DNA of 64,000 nt from Eubacteriales bacterium (GTDB lineage Bacteria > Bacillota > Clostridia > Oscillospirales > SIG627). The stretch lies in NCBI GenBank assembly GCA_045597125.1, contig JAZODR010000052.1, positions 34,947-98,946 of the forward strand. The letters are read 5' to 3'. The translations under genes and the position numbers were made by a program. A model generated the notes under the pieces. It ran no database searches. It was not told the DNA's origin and saw only the letters and a list, made by a program, of their open reading frames with translations. Shown one piece after another: positions 19,557 to 28,358 of this stretch. The stretch's first letter is position 1. Every line of letters starts with the position of its first letter.

Positions 19557-19588
19557 AAAAACAGCAGGGAAATTCCCTGCTGTTTTTA
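19557..19588. terminator. bidirectional intrinsic terminator
   Basis: aaaaacagcaggga-aatt-ccctgctgttttt between convergent genes. Confidence 0.8.
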
Positions 19589-20185
19589 TATTTCGGTACG
19601 ACCCTCAAGGGCTTTGAATAATGTCAATTCATCTGCGTATTCCAATTCACCACCGGCAGGCAAACCATAAGCCAAACGAGTTGTTTTGATACCAAAGGGT
19701 TTAATCATACGACTTAAATACATCGCCGTCGCCTCTCCTTCGATACTGGGATTGGTGGCTACAATAATTTCTCGTAGCTGATCATCAGAAAGTCTTGAAA
19801 TCAGTTCCTTTATATGAATATCATCAGGTCCTACACCCTCGATGGGATTAATCAGACCACCAAGGACGTGGAACAAGCCTTTATAATCATTGATTTTTTC
19901 AATAGCAAGTACATCTTTCGAGCTTTCAACAACACAAATGATGCCAGAATCACGAGTAGGGTCCGAACAGATTGGGCAAAGTTCTTCCTCGCTAATATCC
20001 ATACAAAGCTTGCAATTGCCGATTTTTTCTTTTGCTTCCAATATGGCACCGGCAAAACTTTTTGCCTTTTCATCTGACATATCCAAAATGTGAAAAGCCA
20101 TACGGACAGCAGATTTATACCCTACGCCCGGCAACAAACGAAAATGCTCTACTAATTTCTCAAGAGCTGGCGTGAAACCTATCAT
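19586..20185 (-). CDS. recR: recombination protein RecR
   Basis: LPG.G.KSA.R.A.H, a C4 zinc finger (C..C....C..C) and a Toprim domain. Confidence 0.92.
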   Translation of the reverse strand: MIGFTPALEKLVEHFRLLPGVGYKSAVRMAFHILDMSDEKAKSFAGAILEAKEKIGNCKLCMDISEEELCPICSDPTRDSGIICVVESSKDVLAIEKINDYKGLFHVLGGLINPIEGVGPDDIHIKELISRLSDDQLREIIVATNPSIEGEATAMYLSRMIKPFGIKTTRLAYGLPAGGELEYADELTLFKALEGRTEI

Positions 20186-20532
20186 CAGAACAAACCGGGA
20201 ATATTCAAGCTTCCCGTAATCTTGGACATTTCCTCTGAAGTGGTTTCTTCAACCCGTTTAATCGCTTCATTCACTCCTGCAACCAAAATATCTTGTAAAG
20301 TTTCAATATCTTCGGGATCCACAATCATTGAATCCAACTCGATAGAAAGAATTTCCTTCTTTCCGGTAATTTTAATTTTGCAAACACCGCCGCCGGCGGC
20401 AATGTCATATTCTCTTGCCTCCAGTTCAGCTTGCTTGGCCTCCATATCTTGCTGCATTTTTTGCACCTGACGAAGCATATCCTTCTGACTGCCGGGACCT
20501 TTTCCCATTCCCTGAGGTAATCTGGCTTTCAT
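20185..20532 (-). CDS. ybaB: YbaB/EbfC nucleoid-associated protein
   Basis: 115 aa; MLRQVQKMQ..M...Q.EL motif; conserved dnaX-ybaB-recR order. Confidence 0.9.
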   Translation of the reverse strand: MKARLPQGMGKGPGSQKDMLRQVQKMQQDMEAKQAELEAREYDIAAGGGVCKIKITGKKEILSIELDSMIVDPEDIETLQDILVAGVNEAIKRVEETTSEEMSKITGSLNIPGLF

Positions 20533-20543
20533 AACTTTCTCCT

Positions 20544-22022
20544 TTATAAACCTTCAAAATCATTCGTACTTTCGGACGGAGCTTGATCTGTCTGAACAAA
20601 CATCAAATCAACAATGGACGGATCCACCTTCTGAGCAGCTTGCAAAATCGTATCTTTCGCATCCGAAGACTGTAACAAAGCATTAACAAAAGAACTGGCA
20701 ATTAAATTCAAACGATTGCCATCTGATTCAAAACGAATCTGCGAAATCCACGGCTTGATATATGGAACGTTTTGCAACAGATTCTTTAATTTCAAACTCC
20801 CATTAAATTCTCCTGTACAATTGAAAGAATCTTTCTGAAAAGGAATAGGTGCTTTGGTTTTCTCAGAATTTTTTGCACAAATTGTACCGGATTCCAATTT
20901 CGACAATCGGCTCAGAATTGCATTCATATCTTGGGAAAGCGACTCATTACAAAGACGTATCAAGAGAATTTCGGAAGATGCCTTCTTATCAGTGACAATT
21001 CTATCGTAAGAGATATAAAAATCCTCCATCTCTTTTACCTGATACAATACAGTTTCCAAAGTAAGAAGCTTTGAAATCTCAACCAATACCGGAATTTCGT
21101 TCTCATAACCCTCTACAAAATTCTTATAATCGGGAACGGTTTTAATCACTAAAAGGTCACGATAAAGTGAAATCAATTCGCCAACAACCTCTTTGAAATC
21201 ACTCATTTTCTCGTAGATGGCAGAAACCAAGGAAAGGCAGTTAGAAACATTCTGCTCGGCAATTGCTCGACATAAGGACAAAACAGAGTCCCGAGAACCA
21301 AGCCCTAAAATCGAATGAATCTTTTCTGCAGTAATCTGACCCTGGTATCCTTGACATGCCTCTAGCAAACTCAGAGCATCACGCATAGCACCGTCAGCCA
21401 AACGGGCGATTACCGCCGCCCCATCCCGTTCCAAAGGAAGATTTTCTTTTTGAGCTACCTTCATCAAGCGCTCCGTAATAACAGCGGGAGTGATTCTCTT
21501 AAAATCAAACCTCTGACAACGAGACATAATGGTTGCAGGAATATCATTCATCTCCGTGGTTGCCAGAATGAAGAGAACATGAGCGGGAGGCTCCTCTATG
21601 GTCTTTAAAAGCGCATTAAAAGCGCTGGTAGAAAGCATATGGACCTCGTCAATAATATAAACGCGCTTTTTAAGCTCGGAAGGCAAATACTGAACCTCAT
21701 CGCACAAACGCCGAATGTGATCGACACCGTTGTTACTTGCCGCGTCCATTTCTACCACGTCCAGAACGCGCTCCTCATTGATGGCAATACAAGAAGGACA
21801 AGCGTTGCAAGGTTCTCCGTTTATCGGATTTTCACAGTTTACAGCTTTTGCAAGAATTTTTGCACAAGTTGTTTTTCCCGTTCCTCGCGATCCGCAAAAA
21901 ATATATGCATGAGAAATTCTTCCCTTTTGAAGCTGTGTCTTCAAAACGGAAGTAATATGTTCCTGACCGCATACATCCTCAAAAGTAGAGGGACGGTATT
22001 TGCGATAAAGCGCCTGATACAT
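20544..22022 (-). CDS. dnaX: DNA polymerase III subunit gamma/tau
   Basis: YQALYRKYRP..F..V.GQ, GSRGTGKTT, a C-x-x-C zinc module, DEVHMLS, and SRCQRF. Start moved to MYQALY (AGGAG RBS). Confidence 0.92.
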   Translation of the reverse strand: MYQALYRKYRPSTFEDVCGQEHITSVLKTQLQKGRISHAYIFCGSRGTGKTTCAKILAKAVNCENPINGEPCNACPSCIAINEERVLDVVEMDAASNNGVDHIRRLCDEVQYLPSELKKRVYIIDEVHMLSTSAFNALLKTIEEPPAHVLFILATTEMNDIPATIMSRCQRFDFKRITPAVITERLMKVAQKENLPLERDGAAVIARLADGAMRDALSLLEACQGYQGQITAEKIHSILGLGSRDSVLSLCRAIAEQNVSNCLSLVSAIYEKMSDFKEVVGELISLYRDLLVIKTVPDYKNFVEGYENEIPVLVEISKLLTLETVLYQVKEMEDFYISYDRIVTDKKASSEILLIRLCNESLSQDMNAILSRLSKLESGTICAKNSEKTKAPIPFQKDSFNCTGEFNGSLKLKNLLQNVPYIKPWISQIRFESDGNRLNLIASSFVNALLQSSDAKDTILQAAQKVDPSIVDLMFVQTDQAPSESTNDFEGL

Positions 22023-22036
22023 AAAATCTCCTAAAA

Positions 22037-22340
22037 AAGCAGGATACAAAATAAGATCGCGCACCCTTTCTCGAAAAACAAGTACGCCCGCTTCTTCTCT
22101 GCGCGGCTCAAATTAGGCACCCTCGTGGCACACCAAAAAATCCGCTTAATGCTGCTTGGTTCCCCACCTGACATGATTCACGGCATTCGATTGCACAAGA
22201 CCCGACTCTCAACGCCTAGCAAAGCAAGGCTGCGACATCCCCATCCCCCTCAAAAGTGAATTCTCCCCCTCTGTAGCGGATTGAGGGTACAAGGCACCGC
22301 TAACTCCCCGGATAGCGCGACCTTATTTTGTATCCTGCTT
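22037..22340 (-). ncRNA. ffs: SRP RNA (large Bacillus-type scRNA/ffs) including a flanking precursor stalk
   Basis: On the minus strand: the Alu-domain motif GGGGAGTTAGCGGTGCCTTGTACC, and the domain IV motif CATGTCAGGTGGGGAACCAAGCAGCATTAAGCGG (compare GUCAGGUCCGGAAGGAAGCAGC). It sits directly upstream of dnaX as in B. subtilis. The mature core is about 22063..22314. Confidence 0.85.
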
Positions 22341-22351
22341 AATATACTCTT

Positions 22352-22380
22352 ATTATAACACAGGACTTTGAAATTAGCAA
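22352..22380 (-). promoter_or_regulatory. sigma-A-like promoter of ffs(-dnaX)
   Basis: TTGCTA, 17 nt spacer, TATAAT with a TGn extension. The predicted TSS falls at the start of the stalk. Confidence 0.6.
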
Positions 22381-22384
22381 GAAT

Positions 22385-22822
22385 TTAGTCTAGGTTTTCC
22401 TCAAACATATTCACACGAGTTGCATGTCTTCCGCCTTCAAACTCAGTGTCCAAGAATATATCGACCAAATCCATAGCAAGACCTCTTGCCATTACACGTG
22501 CGCCCATGCAAAGAATATTCGCATCGTTGTGCAATCTACAATGGCGAACCGAAAACACATCGGAAGCTACGACAGCACGTACTCCACGGAATTTATTGGC
22601 GCAAATGCTCATACCAATACCCGTTCCGCAAAACAACATTCCCTTTTCTGCTTTACCGCTCTGCACGTAGCGAGCAACCTCTTTAGCAATGATAGGATAA
22701 TCATCATCTCGTTTCAATTCATGAAATCCAAGATCAATGTACGCTATTCCTTTTTCATCAAAATATTTTTTTACGTGCTGCTTTAATTCATCTCCAGCAT
22801 GGTCAGAACCCAAAACGATCAT
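22385..22822 (-). CDS. rpiB: ribose-5-phosphate isomerase B
   Basis: GSDHAG..LK, CGTGIGMSI.ANK..G.RAA, 145 aa. Confidence 0.9.
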   Translation of the reverse strand: MIVLGSDHAGDELKQHVKKYFDEKGIAYIDLGFHELKRDDDYPIIAKEVARYVQSGKAEKGMLFCGTGIGMSICANKFRGVRAVVASDVFSVRHCRLHNDANILCMGARVMARGLAMDLVDIFLDTEFEGGRHATRVNMFEENLD

Positions 22823-22827
22823 AGTAT

Positions 22828-23514
22828 TTACCTCTCTTTACTTTTTTTATTCCATTCGCGCTCCGCTTGTGGAAGTCGCAAATATTTTGGCGAAAGTTTT
22901 GTGCAAGGAACTCCCTTTCCTGCAAGTCCTAAACGTGCAACGCTACGTCCGGACTGATAGCGCATCTCCTCCGGAGCAAGATAATCTGAAAAAGAAGGGT
23001 TTTGCTGAACAAATTTTACTGCTCCATCCCCTACAATACAAATCTTTTCAAAGGAACTCAATTCCTCAGCAATCTTCAAGCCGGGAAATGCCCGATCCTC
23101 AGAAAGACGCAAAAGCTTATGATTGTCAACACGAAAAAGCGCATTATAAAACTCACCACGACGGGCATCCATAACCGAACAAACAATCGTGCCTTCAAGT
23201 TCTATTGCATTCATAGCCAAAGCTTCCAATGTAGAAACGCCAACACAAGGAATATTGTTTGAAACAGCCAATCCCTTAACAGTAGAAATACTAATGCGAA
23301 GTCCGGTAAAGGACCCGGGCCCGTGAGAAATTGCAATACAATCCAAATCGGACAAAGACATTCTTCCCTCTTCTAAAACATCCTTGATAAGGGGAAGAAG
23401 TGTTTCGCTGTGTGTTAATCCATCTGAAATCGTTTTTGAAGCCAAAAAAGCATCATCGGAAAGCAAAGCAGCGCTGCAAACAATAGCTGACGTATCAATA
23501 CCCAAAACCTTCAT
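22828..23514 (-). CDS. tsaB: tRNA t6A biosynthesis protein TsaB
   Basis: MKVLGIDTS....SAAL, GPGSFTGLRI motif. Start set at MKVLG. Confidence 0.85.
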   Translation of the reverse strand: MKVLGIDTSAIVCSAALLSDDAFLASKTISDGLTHSETLLPLIKDVLEEGRMSLSDLDCIAISHGPGSFTGLRISISTVKGLAVSNNIPCVGVSTLEALAMNAIELEGTIVCSVMDARRGEFYNALFRVDNHKLLRLSEDRAFPGLKIAEELSSFEKICIVGDGAVKFVQQNPSFSDYLAPEEMRYQSGRSVARLGLAGKGVPCTKLSPKYLRLPQAEREWNKKSKER

Positions 23515-23515
23515 A

Positions 23516-23932
23516 TCAAACCCTTTCAACGGAAATCACACGCTGATTTTCACCCTTTTTGTGAAAGATAATCCGAAAATAGTGATCGGGGAGAAACTCT
23601 TCGATATTTTCTGACCATTCACAAACCGTAATTCCACTTTGTATAATTTCTTCAAAACCCGTAGAATACAGATCCTCTTCGGAAGTAATACGATACATAT
23701 CAAAATGATTGACATTGATTTCATCCCCTTCATACACATTCAAAATTGCGTAGGTAGGACTGGAAACCAAAGCATTCGGAACAAGTTTACCAACAAAGCC
23801 GCGCATAAAAACAGTTTTTCCGCTTCCCATTTCCCCATAGAGCGCAAGAAAATCGCCATCTTTACACATATTCGCCACAAGCGCTCCAACATTTTGTGTT
23901 TCCTCTTCACAGAAAGTAATAAATTCTCTCAT
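23516..23932 (-). CDS. tsaE: tRNA t6A ATPase TsaE
   Basis: L.GEMGSGKT.F.RG, SPTY, HFD.YR motifs. The track ORF N-terminal extension, which overlaps rqcH, was discarded. Confidence 0.85.
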   Translation of the reverse strand: MREFITFCEEETQNVGALVANMCKDGDFLALYGEMGSGKTVFMRGFVGKLVPNALVSSPTYAILNVYEGDEINVNHFDMYRITSEEDLYSTGFEEIIQSGITVCEWSENIEEFLPDHYFRIIFHKKGENQRVISVERV

Positions 23933-23948
23933 ATATTCTCCAAACGAA

Positions 23949-25709
23949 TTACGAAATCGGTCGAGGCTCAACAATAACAGTGGTATGGTTTTTATACGTA
24001 ATAAAACCAGGCTTAGAGCCATTTGGCTTTTTAATGAAACGAGCTTTCGTATAATCAACCTCAACCCTAGTGCTATTATTCAGCTCTGAATAATAGGCAG
24101 CGTAGGAAGCCGCAGTTTCAATATCCAAATTATCAAAAGAACGCTCCTTTTCCCATTTCAGCAAAACGTGACTTCCACGATAATTCTTAATATGAAACCA
24201 AAGATCTTCTTTTTCTGCCAATGCGGTAGACACTGCATCATTTTGCAAATTATTCATTCCGATATAAATGGTAAAACCGCCGGGCGATAAAACCTGTCTT
24301 GGCCTTGGTTTTTCTTTTTTCATCTGCGGTTTTTTCAGCGATGAAACAAGTCTACGGCCATAGCTCCAATGGGATAGCTCCTGACGAATTTGCATTAAAT
24401 CGGCATAATTCTGAGCATAATCCAGCATTGCATAAATTCCTTCCGCATAAGCAAGTTCATCACGGGCAATTGCAATTTGCTCTTGAAGTTTTTGTGAAGC
24501 CGTCTTTTTCTTCGTGTATTCTCGGTAAAATTTCTGCGCATTTTGAGCAGGCGAAAGCATCGGATCAAGCACAATCTTCAAAACAGAGTATGGCTCCGAG
24601 GAGTAATTGATAGCTTCTATCAATGTATCACCTTTGCGGATACGATACATTTCCTGCATAATCAAATCGCCGTACAGTTTATCCCTCTCAGCATCAGAAG
24701 CTTCCTCCATCTGAATCTGCTGAGCAGCAATTTTTCTCTCAAGCCTGTGCATACATGTTTTTAAAATTTGAGAAATATCATTATAATGCTGTCTACGACG
24801 CTCTGCTAAATTACGGTTTAAATAATATTTTTCAATTGCTTCGGAAGCGGATGCACAAGGAACAATACAAACCTGATTTTCAAATTGAGTAATATCCGTA
24901 AAAGAAAAGTCCAAGGGGCTCTCCCCTTTTTCCATAGACTCAATGGAAGAATAAATCAGACAGGGAGAATAATCAGAATTTTTGACTTTGCTGACAATCG
25001 AAGAAAACGCCTCCCAAAGCGCATCAGCAGATACATGGGAACTGGTGCAATCAGCATCGCCGCAAGCACGATAAACAATCTCACGAGCGGTCAGTTTTCC
25101 AAATCCGAGAAATTGTTTTTGAAAAAAAAGATCCAGCCTGCTTTCTTCGGGCAATAGCGCAAATCTATCGCAAAAGAGAGATTTGTCGCACGTAATCGGA
25201 TTAATGCGGTCCAAGGTAGGCATAGGCTGATACGGAAATCCTACCATAATGATTCGATCGAATTTTGTCGTTATATCATTTTGCCGAAAAGCCGCAAGAA
25301 TTTTCTCATCTTCATCTGCAAAAATCAAATTGGAACCGCGTCCCATCATTTCGCAGTACAGATATTTGGGTTTAAAATAGCCCATTTCATCTCCGCTATC
25401 AAACGCAAGGCGGATAATGCGGTCAAATCCAAGCTGCTCAACAGAAGTGATTTTAGCGCGAGAGAGATGCTTGCGAAGAAGCATACACATCATCGGTGGA
25501 ACCGAAGGATTTTCTCTCACTTGATCCGACAAAGCCATATACGGAGTAGACGCGGTACAATTTATAATGAGCTTACTTCTTCCGCGTATCCGAAACAAGA
25601 GGTTAATCTCATCACGCTCAGGTTGACAAATTTTATCAACTTTCAGGCCGCAAATCTTCTGCGAAAGCTCATAAGTCAAAGCCGCAGTCATAAAAGAATC
25701 AAAGGGCAT
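23949..25709 (-). CDS. rqcH: NFACT-family ribosome quality control protein RqcH (FbpA-like)
   Basis: 586 aa. N-terminal MPFD......L..EL...L.G.K..KI.QP, a coiled-coil middle, and a C-terminal NFACT-R block (GRNN-like GMNNLQND, GSHV). Confidence 0.85.
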   Translation of the reverse strand: MPFDSFMTAALTYELSQKICGLKVDKICQPERDEINLLFRIRGRSKLIINCTASTPYMALSDQVRENPSVPPMMCMLLRKHLSRAKITSVEQLGFDRIIRLAFDSGDEMGYFKPKYLYCEMMGRGSNLIFADEDEKILAAFRQNDITTKFDRIIMVGFPYQPMPTLDRINPITCDKSLFCDRFALLPEESRLDLFFQKQFLGFGKLTAREIVYRACGDADCTSSHVSADALWEAFSSIVSKVKNSDYSPCLIYSSIESMEKGESPLDFSFTDITQFENQVCIVPCASASEAIEKYYLNRNLAERRRQHYNDISQILKTCMHRLERKIAAQQIQMEEASDAERDKLYGDLIMQEMYRIRKGDTLIEAINYSSEPYSVLKIVLDPMLSPAQNAQKFYREYTKKKTASQKLQEQIAIARDELAYAEGIYAMLDYAQNYADLMQIRQELSHWSYGRRLVSSLKKPQMKKEKPRPRQVLSPGGFTIYIGMNNLQNDAVSTALAEKEDLWFHIKNYRGSHVLLKWEKERSFDNLDIETAASYAAYYSELNNSTRVEVDYTKARFIKKPNGSKPGFITYKNHTTVIVEPRPIS

Positions 25710-25753
25710 ATTTTTCTCCGAAAAAAATAAAATGTATCAAAAGGGGTGATAGC

Positions 25754-26014
25754 ATGAATCCAAATAGAAATTGCTGTACGCTATACGATCTGAGAAAGCT
25801 GGAGGTTATCAACGTTTGCAACGGAAAAAGGCTCGGTTGCATTGTGGATATCGAATTCGACTTGTGCACAGGTTGTATAATCTCTATTTTAGTACCAAAG
25901 AAAATCGAAATTGCGGATTTATTTTGCAAACGTGAATTGCGGACAATTCGAATTCCCTGGTGTTGCATAGAACGCATAGGCGATGACATAATTTTGGTTC
26001 GACTGGAAAAATAA
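25754..26014 (+). CDS. YlmC/YmxH family sporulation protein (PRC barrel)
   Basis: 86 aa; L.KLEVINV.NG.RLG...D.EFD..TG.I..I.VP motif. Confidence 0.85.
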   Translation: MNPNRNCCTLYDLRKLEVINVCNGKRLGCIVDIEFDLCTGCIISILVPKKIEIADLFCKRELRTIRIPWCCIERIGDDIILVRLEK

Positions 26015-26689
26015 TCAATCAACCAATCGAAGAAACAATTCTCGATTTATTTGATCTTGCAAAGTCTTCTCTTCCGGGGAATCTTCCCCGACCACGGGGG
26101 AAAATTTCAAACAAAGAATCGTATCTTTCGGCAAGGAGGAAAATCCTTCTTGTTGATAGAGTTTGGTCTCACCAAGACGCAGTCCATAATAGTCAACAGC
26201 GCTTTTGGGAAGCTCCGAATACATCTCGTAAAGATTCACCAAAGCACCATTTTGAGCAAGTTCTGAATAAAAGAATTCATCTAGCAACAAGATACATCCA
26301 TCTCCGGCTAAAATTTCTTCAGAATATGCTTGGAATTCCTCCCGGGCCTGTATTTTCTGCCCCTCATGATTTAAAATATCAAAATCAGAATATAAAACAA
26401 AATTTTTAAAATCAAGAGAGACTTTACCATCTCCATTCACATCAAAAAGAAGTGTTTTGGAAGAACAGATGATTTTTTCACAATCATCATCTGATAAAAT
26501 GGTAGCACCGGCATACAATATTCCTGCATCCGGCTCATCCTTTGTAAAAAACTGAACAGATGCAATGACGATTAAAGCAAGAAAAACAATTCCTACCAGA
26601 ACAAACCACTTGTTGTAATACCAAAAATTCTCAACATACTGCTTTGGAGTCATTTTGGGACAAGGATATTTTTCTTCCATATCTTTCAT
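26015..26689 (-). CDS. hypothetical membrane-anchored protein
   Basis: 224 aa ORF with one N-terminal TM helix; no family recognised. Confidence 0.45.
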   Translation of the reverse strand: MKDMEEKYPCPKMTPKQYVENFWYYNKWFVLVGIVFLALIVIASVQFFTKDEPDAGILYAGATILSDDDCEKIICSSKTLLFDVNGDGKVSLDFKNFVLYSDFDILNHEGQKIQAREEFQAYSEEILAGDGCILLLDEFFYSELAQNGALVNLYEMYSELPKSAVDYYGLRLGETKLYQQEGFSSLPKDTILCLKFSPVVGEDSPEEKTLQDQINRELFLRLVD

Positions 26690-26690
26690 C

Positions 26691-27614
26691 CTATTTCAAA
26701 AATCCGGCGATGATTTGTTCTTCTGCTTCCGACTCTGTTAAGCCAAGTGTCATTAATTTCACAAGCTGCTCTCCCGCAATCTTTCCAATCGCAGCCTCAT
26801 GAACCAAAGAAGCGTTAATATCATTTGCCAAAACCTCGGGAACGGCAAGAACAGTTGCCTCATCCATAATAATAGCATCGCACTCGGTATGACCGTGACA
26901 AAGATTATTTCCATTGATGCGGGAAACAAATTTCTGATGAGATTTATTTTTGGCAACAGATCTGGATATCACGTTGGCAGAAGAATTTTCTCCATTCAAA
27001 TCTATGGTAAAATCGGTAATGGCAGTTTGCAAGGCTTCAGTCAAAAGTTTTTCGCGAACAATCAAAGTAGCATCATCTGCCACATCCGCAACGGTTTTAC
27101 GCTCCGTAGAATCAACACCGCCAATTTGTGTAGTTTCAAGTTCCATTGAAGCTCCTTTTGCAAGATGGATCACCGTTTGAGGATTCATCAGATTCTTTCC
27201 CTCGCCCTCACCTTGACCATAATGCTTTTCAACGTAGCGTACAACAGAATTTTCACCTACGTGGAAGGTATGAATACCATCGTGCTTTGCAGTGTCACAG
27301 CCGCTGTTGTGAATACCACAGCCGGCAATAATCGTAACGTCGCAATCTTCACCGATATAAAAATCATTATAGACCGTATCTGTCAGACCGGACTGTGTCA
27401 GCACAACAGGAATATGAACGGACTCATTTTTCGTATGAGGCAAAATAGTAATATCAATACCGGGCGCATCTTTTTTGGAAGATATCGTAATATGCTCGGT
27501 AGAACTACGACCTGCACTTTCCCCGTTGAGACGAATGTTGTAAGCACCGGTGGGTATTTCGTGCAAATCCGCAATTTCTTTCAAAAGATTTTTCTCGATT
27601 AAATCCATAGCCAC
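26691..27614 (-). CDS. SufB/SufD family Fe-S cluster assembly protein (short form)
   Basis: Beta-helix-type repeats and a C-terminal H.A..G.....QL.YL...G...EA motif; immediately downstream of sufC. Confidence 0.75.
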   Translation of the reverse strand: MAMDLIEKNLLKEIADLHEIPTGAYNIRLNGESAGRSSTEHITISSKKDAPGIDITILPHTKNESVHIPVVLTQSGLTDTVYNDFYIGEDCDVTIIAGCGIHNSGCDTAKHDGIHTFHVGENSVVRYVEKHYGQGEGEGKNLMNPQTVIHLAKGASMELETTQIGGVDSTERKTVADVADDATLIVREKLLTEALQTAITDFTIDLNGENSSANVISRSVAKNKSHQKFVSRINGNNLCHGHTECDAIIMDEATVLAVPEVLANDINASLVHEAAIGKIAGEQLVKLMTLGLTESEAEEQIIAGFLK

Positions 27615-27619
27615 CCTCC

Positions 27620-28342
27620 TTACATCTTATCCGTCAAGGCGGAACAAACAGAATTCTGATTCAGAAGCTGAGGCAAAATCTCATCTTTGCTGCCACTGGC
27701 TGATACTTTTCCATCGGCAATGACAACAACACGGTCAGCAATATTTAAAATACGCTCCTGATGGGAAATAATCAAAATCGAACCTTTTACGTCATTTCTG
27801 AGTTTTTCAAAAACCTGAATCAAATTTTGAAAACTCCAAAGGTCAATCCCTGCTTCCGGCTCATCAAAAATAGAAAATTCAGTTCCTCTTGCAATAATCT
27901 GCGCAATTTCAATACGCTTTAATTCACCTCCGGATAGTGAGCTATTCACTTCACGATGAATATATTCCCGCGCACAAAGACCAACGCGAGAAAGATACTC
28001 ACACGCTTCCGAAACACCGATTTCCTTACCGGATGCAAGTCGAATCAAGTCCATCACACAAAGTCCTTTAAAACGAACAGGCTGCTGAAAAGCAAAACTG
28101 ATTCCACGCTTTGCTCGCTCTGTGACAGAAAGACTAGTAATATCTTCACCGTTCAAGAGAATTTGGCCGGAAGTGGGCTGATAAATACCCGCAATAATCT
28201 TTGCAAGAGTACTTTTACCTCCCCCGTTGGGACCGGTAAACGCCGTAAATCCCTCATCAATAACCAGATTGATGCCGTTTATAATTTCTTTGCTCCCTTC
28301 GGGAGAATCCACTTTAAAACAAATATCTTTCAGTTCTAGCAT
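27620..28342 (-). CDS. sufC: Fe-S cluster assembly ATPase SufC
   Basis: GPNGGGKST Walker A, LSGGE.KR signature, FDEPE.G.D Walker B, 240 aa. Confidence 0.85.
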   Translation of the reverse strand: MLELKDICFKVDSPEGSKEIINGINLVIDEGFTAFTGPNGGGKSTLAKIIAGIYQPTSGQILLNGEDITSLSVTERAKRGISFAFQQPVRFKGLCVMDLIRLASGKEIGVSEACEYLSRVGLCAREYIHREVNSSLSGGELKRIEIAQIIARGTEFSIFDEPEAGIDLWSFQNLIQVFEKLRNDVKGSILIISHQERILNIADRVVVIADGKVSASGSKDEILPQLLNQNSVCSALTDKM

Positions 28343-28358
28343 AATTAAACCTTAAAAT

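Noticed and set aside
23933-24064. N-terminal extension of the TsaE ORF; likewise the extensions of dnaX (to 22064), thyA (to 17094), ilvE (to 59694) and the HTH-cupin-ligase gene (to 61960)
   Set aside because: The extensions overlap upstream genes, RNA elements or T-box terminators and lack an RBS. The internal ATGs have an RBS and match typical family N-termini.
26012-26017. Convergent genes ylmC and the 224 aa membrane protein abut stop-to-stop with no terminator
   Set aside because: The observation is real, but it is uninformative without transcript data. No structure or motif there suggests a specific mechanism.
26691-28342. Short (307 aa) SufB/D protein with only SufC, as a possibly truncated SUF system
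   Set aside because: From general knowledge, two-gene SufC plus short SufB/D sets are common in Clostridia and archaea. The ORF is intact, so I did not consider it anomalous.
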